Positions 26,542 to 35,896 are shown, counted from the first letter of the stretch. The stretch: 64,000 nucleotides of DNA from an uncultured virus (IMG/VR IMGVR_UViG_3300025902_000021) (IMGVR_UViG_3300025902_000021), one strand, 5' to 3'. Notes: generated by a model from the letters alone, not told the origin. Numbers and translations: made by a program.

Positions 26542-26763
26542 ATGTCAGCAATTGAAGATGCGGTACGCCGCAATAGTCCAATTTCCTCTAATCAACAAAG
26601 AGAGGCAAAATGGGCTGTAGATACAGCTAAGGATATGCAAGATTTCCCTGAAGTTCAATGGGGAAGAGTTACTATGCATTCTGGAAAGAATTTAAGCCGC
26701 AAACAAGTAAGGGCGTTGATCACCCTTGTAAAGAAGTTTGCACTTGATTTGGAGGAGCTATGA
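26542..26763 (+). CDS. Small hypothetical protein
   Basis: GAGG RBS; ATGA overlap with primase. Confidence 0.55.
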   Translation: MSAIEDAVRRNSPISSNQQREAKWAVDTAKDMQDFPEVQWGRVTMHSGKNLSRKQVRALITLVKKFALDLEEL

Positions 26764-28802
26764 GGCCAAAGCTCTCCCCCATAATCTCCCCGATGCAGCT
26801 GTATACCCAATACCTTGAGAAACAGGGGATATCTCAAGAGCTAGCAGCAATTAATGACATCTACCTTGCATCACCCCCAGACAGTCGCAAGATTGGAATG
26901 CATGAGCTGCTTGGTCCAGGGGTAGTGTTTCCCTACCACGCCCCAGATGGGAAGATTGATCCAATCCCTCGGGTGAGGTTGTTAATCCCTCGCCCTGGTA
27001 TGAAGTATTGGCAGAAGCGGGGGTCAGGGGATCGTGGCCCTTACCTGCCTCAAGGCCGCATTAAATGGGTTGATGTACTTGCCGACGCCTCTCAACCTAT
27101 TTGGATTACAGAAGGTGAGGTAAAGGCAATAATAGGTGGGGAGTACATGGCTGGGTTGCCGGTATTAGCACTCCCAGGCGTGTCAAATAAGACCCGCTTG
27201 CTATCAATGGATATCGTTTGGGAAGGGCGTAGTGTTGTAATTTCCTTTGACCACGATGTAGGTCAAACTCCAGGGACGTATGGTGCTGGTGTATTCCTCG
27301 CTATTCGTAAGCTGGCTGGTGCGCTTATCGAGCGTGGGGCCAAGGTTACAGTTTGCAGCATAGGCAAGGCTGGCGCCGCTCAGGGGTTTGAGGGTAAGTT
27401 GGGGTTGGACGATTACTTTCGCGCCGGCGGTACAGTCGAGGAGTTGTTCAAATACCTTGAGGAGCCGCCTGAGGGGTGTGAAATCCTCGCAGAACTGATC
27501 TCCAGATATGTCATCGTCACCCTCCCCAAGCCTGTTGTTTGGGATGCTATTACGGGCCACAGCTACACGTTCCAGAACTTTCGTGACATTACCAGCAATA
27601 AGTGGGAGGAGGTAGACACGAAGTCTGGCGGTCGGATGCGTAAGTACAAAAGCAAGGAGTTCCTTGAGAAGAAAGACAGCCAACGCGCCATCGGCTTCGT
27701 CATGGATCCCAGTCGGTCATATGGGCTTCATGGGGATGTAATAAACACTTGGATTCCATTCAAAGAGTGGGAGGGGATGGAGACTAGCGAACGCTACAAG
27801 GCTGCGTTTCGTAAGCTCATCCATACCATGGCTGGGGAGTTCCCCATCGAGATTGAGAAGTGGATTGCTCACTATGTGCTCCGACCTTGGGAGCGCACGA
27901 CGCAGGCGGTGTTGATAGCTACCAACCTTCAAGGCATCGGTAAGTCGTTGCTTGGTGAGATCGTTGGCTCCATCGTCGGGGTGGACAACTATGCTGAGGT
28001 CGAAGTTGATGGACTTGGTGAGAAGTTTAACTCCCACCTTGAGAGCCGCACATGGATCCTTATCAACGAGCTTAATGCTCGGTTCACCGCCAAGGAAGGG
28101 TGGATGAAGAACCTGGTAACTCGGGAGCATAACCAGATTGAGCATAAGCAAGGGGCTACATATTGGGTGAATAACCTTAGACGCTACATGATGAATAGCA
28201 ATGAGGCCGCTGCCATGAAGTTAGGGGCAGAGAATAGGCGGGTGTGGGTTTGTAGGCCATCCCTTAACACCGTTACTGCTGACGCATGGAAGGCTTGGCT
28301 TCGTGAGGAGGTCATTGAGCCATATGCCCATGGGAAGGGTGAGGTGTTCTTGGCCTCATGTAAGGAGGCGTTGGAGGAGGTTGATTTGAACGGCTTCGAT
28401 CCAATGGCAGAAGTCATAAATGGCGAGGCGGCGCGTGATCTTATTGAGGATAGCATGAGTGCTAACGAGAGCGCCGCCAACGTTATCTTGCGCGAGTGGA
28501 TGGAGAGTGGTAACAAGTATCTTGTGTACTTTCCCAGCACAGAGCAGCAATATAAGCCAGTGTTTACAATACTGAAGGGGCTGATTCGTAGCATGGGGAT
28601 GGATCGGGCGAGTAAGGTGGTGAGGGAGGACAGTAAAGGCACCAGATATACCATGGTTGGGAGGTTTGATGATGGCGAAATGGTGCTCGATACCAAGGGT
28701 ACAAAAACTTACTACGGAAATCTCTCCGTAACTGAGTTGAAGGAGTATTTAAGGGATTCTGACCAGTTTATCATGGATGGGGTGTCACATTTGGAGAAAT
28801 AA
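26760..28802 (+). CDS. Primase-helicase (DUF3854-like Toprim plus SF3/DUF5906-like helicase)
   Basis: IWITEGEVKA; ISFDHD; KLGLDDY; QGIGKSLL Walker A; ILINEL. Confidence 0.85.
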   Translation: MRPKLSPIISPMQLYTQYLEKQGISQELAAINDIYLASPPDSRKIGMHELLGPGVVFPYHAPDGKIDPIPRVRLLIPRPGMKYWQKRGSGDRGPYLPQGRIKWVDVLADASQPIWITEGEVKAIIGGEYMAGLPVLALPGVSNKTRLLSMDIVWEGRSVVISFDHDVGQTPGTYGAGVFLAIRKLAGALIERGAKVTVCSIGKAGAAQGFEGKLGLDDYFRAGGTVEELFKYLEEPPEGCEILAELISRYVIVTLPKPVVWDAITGHSYTFQNFRDITSNKWEEVDTKSGGRMRKYKSKEFLEKKDSQRAIGFVMDPSRSYGLHGDVINTWIPFKEWEGMETSERYKAAFRKLIHTMAGEFPIEIEKWIAHYVLRPWERTTQAVLIATNLQGIGKSLLGEIVGSIVGVDNYAEVEVDGLGEKFNSHLESRTWILINELNARFTAKEGWMKNLVTREHNQIEHKQGATYWVNNLRRYMMNSNEAAAMKLGAENRRVWVCRPSLNTVTADAWKAWLREEVIEPYAHGKGEVFLASCKEALEEVDLNGFDPMAEVINGEAARDLIEDSMSANESAANVILREWMESGNKYLVYFPSTEQQYKPVFTILKGLIRSMGMDRASKVVREDSKGTRYTMVGRFDDGEMVLDTKGTKTYYGNLSVTELKEYLRDSDQFIMDGVSHLEK

Positions 28803-28996
28803 CGGGCTGAATCCGTAACTCCGTAACGGGCCGTAACGGAATCCGTAACTAGGCAAACCCCCTAGGGGCGCGGGATTCGGGCTGGTAGTTACGGAGTTAC
28901 GGGTTTTTTAGGTGGAATATGGTTATAAACGAGATTATAAATTTCGTATACCCCTAAACAAATAAAAGTCGACCCGTAACCCGTAATCCGTTACCG
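28726..28996. repeat. CCGTAAC iteron-like array, candidate replication origin
   Basis: Direct copies at 28726, 28813, 28821, 28831, 28843, 28974; inverted at 28888, 28896; AT-rich core ~28903-28968. Confidence 0.7.
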
Positions 28997-29310
28997 ATTA
29001 TGCCTGCGAGAGCGCCCAATTCCCTACCTGATCGGCCCCCCAACCACCAGAAATCAGCAGCGACCCGTGTCTGTTAATTTACCAAGTATGTTGGTAGCAT
29101 GCTATGCGGTGTTGGTGGTGTGGGGTGGTGTCTTGTACAAGACAACCAGGCCGCCGCCGGAGCGCCCCCGCCCCCTACCCGCGCCCCCTAGAATCCCCTA
29201 CAGGCTATCTGTATCGCTCTGTACGGGGCTTTCAGGGGCTTCCCTATACCCTACCCTACCCCGACCGCTCTGCGTCGATCCTAGTGCCTCGTGTAGGCAA
29301 CTAGTAGATG

Positions 29311-29336
29311 TAAAAAACCCCGCACGCGGCGGGGTT
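29311..29336 (-). terminator. Rho-independent terminator for 29353-29718
   Basis: Minus strand AACCCCGC-CGCGT-GCGGGGTT TTTT. Confidence 0.75.
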
Positions 29337-29352
29337 GGTAGGTCAGGCGGGG

Positions 29353-29718
29353 CTAGGCGGTGGCTTCGAGTGGGAAGCCATACGATTTTTTAGGCTTCCG
29401 CTCCTTTTTGGCGGCCACGGGGGCTTCCACCACCGCGGCAGCAACCTCACGCTTCCCAGCGGGCGGGGCAACCTTCTTTGCCTTCGTCACAGAGCCATAA
29501 TCCTCGCCAGCTACCAACTCTTCGGCAATCCGGCCAGTCACACCGTCCAACACCAGATACGTAAGGTTGCGGCGCTCGTTGTAGATAACGTCCTGGGCAA
29601 CACCGTCGATCTTCAGGGCGCGCACTTCGCCAACCTTACGGATGACGTAGGGGGTAAAGGTCACTTCCTTGGTACCAACAACGATGGCGCGGCGGGGGGC
29701 GATTTGGGTAGCAGTCAT
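29353..29718 (-). CDS. Small beta-rich protein with Lys/Ala-rich tail (paralogue of 25940-26329)
   Basis: GGAG RBS; own promoter and terminator; RKVG..IDGV..NERRNLTY. Confidence 0.75.
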   Translation of the reverse strand: MTATQIAPRRAIVVGTKEVTFTPYVIRKVGEVRALKIDGVAQDVIYNERRNLTYLVLDGVTGRIAEELVAGEDYGSVTKAKKVAPPAGKREVAAAVVEAPVAAKKERKPKKSYGFPLEATA

Positions 29719-29761
29719 GTCAATCTCCAGTTAGCATCGGTCAGAATTAACCGATGAGCCA

Positions 29762-29796
29762 ATTCTACTCTTCCGGTATGAAAAGTAAAGGCATTT
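29762..29796 (-). promoter_or_regulatory. Putative promoter
   Basis: Minus strand AAATGCC-TTTACT-N16-TAGAAT. Confidence 0.65.
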
Positions 29797-29858
29797 CTGG
29801 CTCGTTTCGGTATATTCTTTCTATTGCCGCATAGATTATGCGTATGCCAGGGGCGGGG

Positions 29859-30045
29859 TATGTAGGGCATCCACTACGTAGGGGTTCACTAATATAGCGG
29901 CAGCCTATGGCGGAGGCAGGATCGGGGGCGGGCGGCTATATAAGCACCAGCATACGTAGTGTTCTCACTACGTAGTGCGCCGACTACGTAGTGGTAGTCA
30001 TACGTAGTGGATACACTATATAGTGATTGTACTACGTAGTGGTTC
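29859..30045. repeat. 16-bp-period array of ACTACGTAGT-type palindromes
   Basis: TACGTA/TATATA cores at 29937, 29953, 29969, 29985, 30001, 30017, 30033; a second short run at 29859, 29875. Confidence 0.85.
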
Positions 30046-30119
30046 ACTTATGTTGGTTGGTTGACTGACCCCCCGCACCAGCGGCGGGGTGGCCCCGTCT
30101 GGTATCGTATAGCACCCCA

Positions 30120-30240
30120 TCATGTATTCAGTAATTGTACCTAACATACTCAAAGGATCCATCCAGTCATGTATTCAGTAATTGTACCTAACATACTGAG
30201 GGAATACATGGGGTGTATTCAGTAATTTGAATGAACATAC
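30120..30240 (+). repeat. 31-bp direct repeat x2 plus degenerate third copy
   Basis: TCATGTATTCAGTAATTGTACCTAACATACT at 30120 and 30167; TGTATTCAGTAATT......AACATAC at 30214. Confidence 0.9.
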
Positions 30241-30324
30241 CTAGCGGATAAGTCACTAACACACGTTTACGCGCGCGCGAGTTGCCCCTTTACTTTTCAC
30301 TCCGACAGGAGTACCCTATGTGAT

Positions 30325-30774
30325 ATGAGTGATGCCCTCGAATACTTCCCTGCCGCCAACGATTGCGAGGAGTCTGAAGCGCAGCTCCTCACAGCGAGCG
30401 CATGCGAGCCAGAAGAAGGCCCAGATCTCCTGGCCCAATTTTCTCCTCCAGATCAGCTCTCCCAGGAAGTCATTAACCTGGCTCAATACGCCATTCGCAA
30501 ACGCCAGTCTCGCTCCCCCACCGTCAAGCAGAATATCATTGAGCAGTTCAACTCTACCTTCCACCTCATTGGTGGTGTTCCCCGCCTTGCCCTCTGGGCT
30601 GACAAGAACCCAACGGCATTTTATGCTCTCTACTCCAAGATGATCCCTGCCGCTATCAAGATTGACTCAACATCTCTTGATCCGAATGCCCTCCATGAGG
30701 AGGACTTGAAGGACATCTCAACGGACAAGCTCCGCCTGATGCTGTACAAGCGAGCGCAAGAACTTGGCAGTTGA
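30325..30774 (+). CDS. terS: Terminase small subunit (putative)
   Basis: Directly upstream of TerL; GGVPRLALWADKNPTAFYALYSKMIP motif. Confidence 0.7.
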   Translation: MSDALEYFPAANDCEESEAQLLTASACEPEEGPDLLAQFSPPDQLSQEVINLAQYAIRKRQSRSPTVKQNIIEQFNSTFHLIGGVPRLALWADKNPTAFYALYSKMIPAAIKIDSTSLDPNALHEEDLKDISTDKLRLMLYKRAQELGS

Positions 30775-32245
30775 TGCCTACCAGCTGCTACAGCAGCTTG
30801 AGACCAGGGACCGAGCCAAAACCCAGTTGGCCGAGTATGCCAACTACATGCTTGAGGTCGTACCGGCCCTGCACCATCACCTCATCTGTGACGCCATTGA
30901 CGAACTACTCGATGACAACTATGATGAGTTGATAATCCTGGCGCCGCCAGGTAGTGCTAAGTCCACATACACCTCCATCGCCCTCCCCTCATATTACATG
31001 GGCAAGTTCCCCAAGGGCCATATCCTCACCGCCTCATACAGCACTGAGCTGGCGGAGAAGTGGGGGCGGCGCGTGCGTAACATTGTCGATACCCCCCGCT
31101 TCAAAGCACTATTCTCGGTCAGCTTGTCCAAGGACGCCACCGCAGCGACCCGCTGGGCTACCAATGAGGGTGGGGAGTTCTATGGTGCAGGCGTAGGCAG
31201 TGGCATATTGGGCTTCCGTGCTGACTTGGCGGTGATTGACGACCCCATCTCTGGCTTCGAGCAGGCCAACTCCATCACGCAGCTACAGAAGGTGCACAAC
31301 TGGTACGAGACAGACTTCATCACCCGCCTGAAGCCGAATGGCAAGGTGGTACTGATCTGTCAGCGGCTGGCCCGGAATGACTTGGCTGGCTACTTGATTG
31401 ACCGGAACATAGCCTCCCCCACCCGCCGCCAACGCATACTCACCCTTCCAATGCTCTCCAAGGGCGAGGGTGACCCACTCAACCGCCCAGAAGGTGAGCG
31501 CCTGTGGCCTGAGTGGTACACGGAGTCCATGGTCGCCGACGCCCAACGGGATGACTACAAATGGCGTACCCTGTACCAGCAGGAGCCGCCAGCTGATGAG
31601 GGCTCATGGGTCTCCACGGATGACATTCAGTTCCGCCCATCCCCAGCCAACCCAGAGGTGAAGTATGCGTGCTCAGACCTGGCTCTGTCGGTCAATTCAG
31701 GGGACTACACAGTACACTTCATTGTGGCAGTTGACAGTCTTGGAGACTGGGATATTATTGACGCTACGCGGGAGCGTGTTGACCCTGAGGCGTCAGCCCA
31801 AAGAGTCATCTCCCTCTGCCAAACCCACTCCCCCCGCGAGTGGCTCATAGATGATGACAACTCATCGAAGGTGTTCATGCCCCTCGTGGCTACCAAGGCG
31901 CGCCAGACAGGTACGCACGTTCCATGGAAGCCCATGCCCCTCCGTGGGCAGGACAAGGAAACACGTGCCGCGCCGCTACGGGGCCAATACAAGCGTCGCA
32001 AGGTGTACATGCCCCATGACGCCCACTTCACCCAATGGCTGACCAAGGAGCTATTGACCTTTCCCAACGCCCTGGGGGATGGGGTGGATGACGGGGTGGA
32101 CGCACTGTCCCTCATGGGTCGTCGCCTGATGGCCATATCCGGCCCCACCCTCGTGGTCGTGCCCAAATCGCTCCCCACCACGGCTGATATGACGCTCGAC
32201 CAGCTGTTCGAGGACATGCCCAAAACAGGAACTGCCCGCATATGA
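30764..32245 (+). CDS. terL: Terminase large subunit
   Basis: APPGSAKST Walker A; G.G.GILGFRAD..VIDDP; LYQQEP; DDGVDA nuclease motif. Confidence 0.95.
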   Translation: MAVDAYQLLQQLETRDRAKTQLAEYANYMLEVVPALHHHLICDAIDELLDDNYDELIILAPPGSAKSTYTSIALPSYYMGKFPKGHILTASYSTELAEKWGRRVRNIVDTPRFKALFSVSLSKDATAATRWATNEGGEFYGAGVGSGILGFRADLAVIDDPISGFEQANSITQLQKVHNWYETDFITRLKPNGKVVLICQRLARNDLAGYLIDRNIASPTRRQRILTLPMLSKGEGDPLNRPEGERLWPEWYTESMVADAQRDDYKWRTLYQQEPPADEGSWVSTDDIQFRPSPANPEVKYACSDLALSVNSGDYTVHFIVAVDSLGDWDIIDATRERVDPEASAQRVISLCQTHSPREWLIDDDNSSKVFMPLVATKARQTGTHVPWKPMPLRGQDKETRAAPLRGQYKRRKVYMPHDAHFTQWLTKELLTFPNALGDGVDDGVDALSLMGRRLMAISGPTLVVVPKSLPTTADMTLDQLFEDMPKTGTARI

Positions 32246-33015
32246 AAACCCTTGATGAAATGATCCAAACGGCGCGGGTGCTACGCAATCCTACGCTCCC
32301 CCGCAACTCAGTCATGACTCAGCTCTCCGCCCCAGCTTGGCAACCTGAGTATGAGAAAGAGCCACCGCTTGAGCAGGTGTCTCCTGAGGACTTCATTCCC
32401 AATCCAAAGTCAGTTGTTGCTGCTTTGAAGGGTGCCCCTGCCATGTTTGGGGTGGGTGCCCTGAAGGATTGGAGTCCCAAGTTTATTGAGAAACTTGGGG
32501 TTAAGGAGGCAGCCACTCCTGGACATTTTGAGGGCACCTTCCCCTCAGGACGGCTGACCCTTCCTGAATCTACAATGGCGCTTCACAATGCTAACTTCTT
32601 GAGAGATGAGAAGCGTGCAGCAAAGAAACTTGTACCCCCTCCTCCAGAAGTTATTGACCGGATAAATGCAGCAGGAAACACTCTTCACGGAGCAGGGGGA
32701 ACATACCTCCCCTACAAAGCTGAGGGGGCCGATTACAAAGAAGTGCCGCTATCAACCTTCCTTACAAAGCACGTTGGGAAGGCAAATCTAAAACAGATGA
32801 TGCAGCCAGATACTGGATCAGCCACCCATGCTATTGGAATTCAAGGGATTGCCCATGGCGTTCGTGAAGATGGAACCCCCATCGCCGTGGATGATTTCAG
32901 GGAGCTGCTCAATGGCCCCTCCTATGTAGCAGCATATACAGACTCCCCAAACCAAACAATTTGGAAGATAACTCCAGACATAATGTCGCTTGAAGACCTT
33001 TGGAGAAAGAAGTAA
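32242..33015 (+). CDS. Leader-bearing protein 1, unknown C-terminal domain
   Basis: ATGA coupling to TerL; N-terminal W.PEYEKEPPLEQVSPEDFIPNPK shared with next gene. Confidence 0.7.
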   Translation: MKTLDEMIQTARVLRNPTLPRNSVMTQLSAPAWQPEYEKEPPLEQVSPEDFIPNPKSVVAALKGAPAMFGVGALKDWSPKFIEKLGVKEAATPGHFEGTFPSGRLTLPESTMALHNANFLRDEKRAAKKLVPPPPEVIDRINAAGNTLHGAGGTYLPYKAEGADYKEVPLSTFLTKHVGKANLKQMMQPDTGSATHAIGIQGIAHGVREDGTPIAVDDFRELLNGPSYVAAYTDSPNQTIWKITPDIMSLEDLWRKK

Positions 33016-33863
33016 TGGAAACGCTTGAGTCCATGCTCCTGCGCCGCCCGCGCCCTGGTCCACTGAACCAATCAGGATCGGTGATGACCCAAGCACCTCA
33101 AGAGGGGTGGAAACCTGAGTATGAGAAGGAGCCACCGCTTGAGCAGGTATCACCTGAAGACTTCATCCCCAACCCCAAGACGGCAATTGCTGCCTTGAAA
33201 GGGATGCCTCTTGTCGCTGGTACGTTCCTTGGCAAGAACTCCCCATTGTGGGATCCCAACCGTGCAGCGGCTGCTGAATTGCGTCTTGCAGGTGGAGAGG
33301 CGCCAGAATCTGTTTGGAGGGCGTTGCGCACGGGTCGGTTGCCTGAGGGTCAGATGACCCAAGAGATTAGCGATGCGGGCACGAAGGTGGATCTTGCAAA
33401 ACTGAACTCCACTCCCGCCCTCACCTACCACGCTGCTCCTGATGTGATCAAAGGGCCGGTCATGGGGGTACACCCTGACTTCCAGAATTACTTGATCCAG
33501 ATGAACCCCAATATGAAGGGTGTAGGGGGGCGGCATTGGGCAACTAAGAAGTTGATCGAACTCAACCCGAAAATGGTCACCGATCCCGACACTGCGACAT
33601 CGGTGATTCTTCACGAGCTTGGGGGACATGCTACCCAAAATCGGATGGGCTACCACGGCGGTGGGGTTCCAAAATTTGGGGTAAATATTGACCCTAAGCA
33701 AGCATTCAAAAACTACCGTGACATCTATGGGGAGGCCATGGCTCGGTTGATCCAAGGGCGGCACAACCTCTCCAGATCCCAAATTTCCGAGCAGTACCCC
33801 TTTGATCCTGACTACTTCAAGCAAGTGACGGGATCTGCCATCAATGAGTTGAGGAGGCCGTAA
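33015..33863 (+). CDS. Leader-bearing protein 2: LPD23-like domain plus zincin-like metallopeptidase motif
   Basis: TFLG...G...E.VW..L..G....G....EISD; ILHELGGHATQ...Y....GEAMAR..Q.R. Confidence 0.65.
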   Translation: METLESMLLRRPRPGPLNQSGSVMTQAPQEGWKPEYEKEPPLEQVSPEDFIPNPKTAIAALKGMPLVAGTFLGKNSPLWDPNRAAAAELRLAGGEAPESVWRALRTGRLPEGQMTQEISDAGTKVDLAKLNSTPALTYHAAPDVIKGPVMGVHPDFQNYLIQMNPNMKGVGGRHWATKKLIELNPKMVTDPDTATSVILHELGGHATQNRMGYHGGGVPKFGVNIDPKQAFKNYRDIYGEAMARLIQGRHNLSRSQISEQYPFDPDYFKQVTGSAINELRRP

Positions 33864-35896
33864 TGTCAACAGAAGCATACACCACCGCTGGGCGGATCAA
33901 GTCGGTCGAGGAAACGGAAAAGACATCAGCATCACGCTATCGTCGTTGGTATGATGAGATCACGATGGCGGAGAAGGAGTTTGATAACTTCCGCAAGCAA
34001 GGGCGCACTACCGTGCGACGCTTCAAGGATGAGCGTGACTCCGTGGATGGAGATCAACGCAAGTTCAATATCTTCACCGCCAATGTGGGCATCCTGCAGT
34101 CGTCCCTCTACGCCAAGCTGCCGAAGATTTCGGTCAGTCGCCGCTTTGGTCAGATGAATGACGATCCCGCACGCGTAGCGTCCTTGATGCTACAGAATGC
34201 GATTATGCAGGACATTGACGAGCCGGAGTGTGACTTTGACCAGGTCATGCGGGATGCTGTGGAGGATAGGTTGGTCCCAGGGATGGGGTGTGCATGGCTT
34301 CGCCTTGAGGTGGACACTGAGGAGAATGTCCTGGAGGCTCAGACCGACCCGATGACTGGGGAGGTGATACAACCGGAATCAACCTATGAGGCGATCAGCC
34401 GCCAAGAGGTGATTATCGAGCACGTGTTCTGGGAGGATTTCCTGTACTCCCCATGCCGCACTTGGAAGGAGCGCCGCTGGGTCGGGCGGAAGGTGTACAT
34501 GGACCAGGATGCCCTCGTTGAGCGCTTCGGTGAGGACGTTGGCAAGCAGATCCCATTGGACTACAACCCGAGGGGCACCCAGGGCCAATCCAACGAACCG
34601 AAGAATGACGTGCTTCAGAAGGCGGTCATCTATGAAATCTGGGATCGCCAGACCCGCAAGGTCTTGTGGCTCTCTAAGGGCCACGATACCCTTCTGGATG
34701 AGGTCGATGACCCCCTCGGCCTTGAAGACTTCGAGCCGTGCCCCAAACCCCTCTTCGCCCTCACCACCACCTCCAACTGCATTGCCGTCAATGACTTCGT
34801 GATCTGTCAAGATCAATACAACGAACTCGACCTTGTGAACAACCGTATCTCCCTGCTCATTCAAGCATGTAAGGTCGTGGGTGTGTATGACGTATCCGCT
34901 ACCGGCATTCAGCGTATGCTCCAGCAGGGTAGCGAGAACACGATGATCCCCGTTGACAACTGGGCGATGTTCTCTGAGAAGGGTGGGGTCAAGGGCGCGG
35001 TCGATTGGCTCCCCCTGGAGGTGGTCATTCAAGCCTTGGAGAAGTTGCGCCAAGCTCGGGATGATATCAAGGGTCAAATCTATGAGCTGACTGGTATTGC
35101 CGACATCGTTCGTGGCGACACCAAGGCCAGCGAGACTCTGGGCGCTCAGAAGATCAAGGCTGCGTTCGCCTCGGTGCGCATACAGAAGCTGCAGGACGAG
35201 GTGGCCCGGTTCGCTCAGGACATCCTGCGCCTCAAGGGTGAGATCATCTGCCGCCACGTTGTGCCCGAGCAGATCATCAAGATGTCGAACTTTGAGTACT
35301 ACAACGATGCTCAGAACGCCACGCTGATCCAGGAAGCCATAGCCCTCCTCAAAGGCGAGCACGAACTGTTCGAGTGGCGCGTCAAGGTTCAGGCCGATTC
35401 GCTCGCGCAGGCTGACTACCAGATGCAGAAGCAGGAGAAGATTGAATTCACCAACGCTGTGGCTACCTTCCTCCAGTCGGCGGCGACCACGATGAAGGCT
35501 ATGCCCGATACCGCCCCGATCATCTTTGAGACCCTCAAGTTTGCCATCAGTGGCTTCAAGGGTGCCTCGGAGCTGGAGGGCGTGATCGATCAGAACCTCC
35601 AAGTCATCATGCAGAAGATTCAGAACCCGCCCCCGCCCCCGCCCGACCCAGCAGTGGTCAAGGCCCAGGCCGAACTCAAGATGAAGGGCGAAGAGCACCA
35701 AATGGACATGCAAGCTGATCAGCAAGATATGGCTAATAAGCAACAAGAGCACCAGATGGACATGCAGTTCTCGGCTCAGGAACATCAGCAGAAGATTGCA
35801 CAGGATCAGGAGAAGTTCTACCAAACCTTGGCACAGAATGAAGCCAAGGCCCGTCAGCAAATGGTGGAGAATGCGAGGAAAGATAATGGCTCGTAA
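33863..35896 (+). CDS. Portal protein
   Basis: 677 aa after terminase; FNIF.ANV; FEPCPKPL; IYELTGIADIVRG....ETLGAQ; Gln-rich C-terminal barrel. Confidence 0.9.
   Translation: MSTEAYTTAGRIKSVEETEKTSASRYRRWYDEITMAEKEFDNFRKQGRTTVRRFKDERDSVDGDQRKFNIFTANVGILQSSLYAKLPKISVSRRFGQMNDDPARVASLMLQNAIMQDIDEPECDFDQVMRDAVEDRLVPGMGCAWLRLEVDTEENVLEAQTDPMTGEVIQPESTYEAISRQEVIIEHVFWEDFLYSPCRTWKERRWVGRKVYMDQDALVERFGEDVGKQIPLDYNPRGTQGQSNEPKNDVLQKAVIYEIWDRQTRKVLWLSKGHDTLLDEVDDPLGLEDFEPCPKPLFALTTTSNCIAVNDFVICQDQYNELDLVNNRISLLIQACKVVGVYDVSATGIQRMLQQGSENTMIPVDNWAMFSEKGGVKGAVDWLPLEVVIQALEKLRQARDDIKGQIYELTGIADIVRGDTKASETLGAQKIKAAFASVRIQKLQDEVARFAQDILRLKGEIICRHVVPEQIIKMSNFEYYNDAQNATLIQEAIALLKGEHELFEWRVKVQADSLAQADYQMQKQEKIEFTNAVATFLQSAATTMKAMPDTAPIIFETLKFAISGFKGASELEGVIDQNLQVIMQKIQNPPPPPPDPAVVKAQAELKMKGEEHQMDMQADQQDMANKQQEHQMDMQFSAQEHQQKIAQDQEKFYQTLAQNEAKARQQMVENARKDNGS

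Noticed and set aside
29067..29393. ORFs 29067-29393, 29104-29304 and 29335-29757
   Set aside because: No RBS or motifs; they lie in an origin-adjacent low-complexity region or antisense to a supported gene.
30120..30240. CRISPR array
   Set aside because: Only two perfect repeats, linkers about 16 bp, no cas genes; the Cas4-like genes are ordinary phage replication nucleases.
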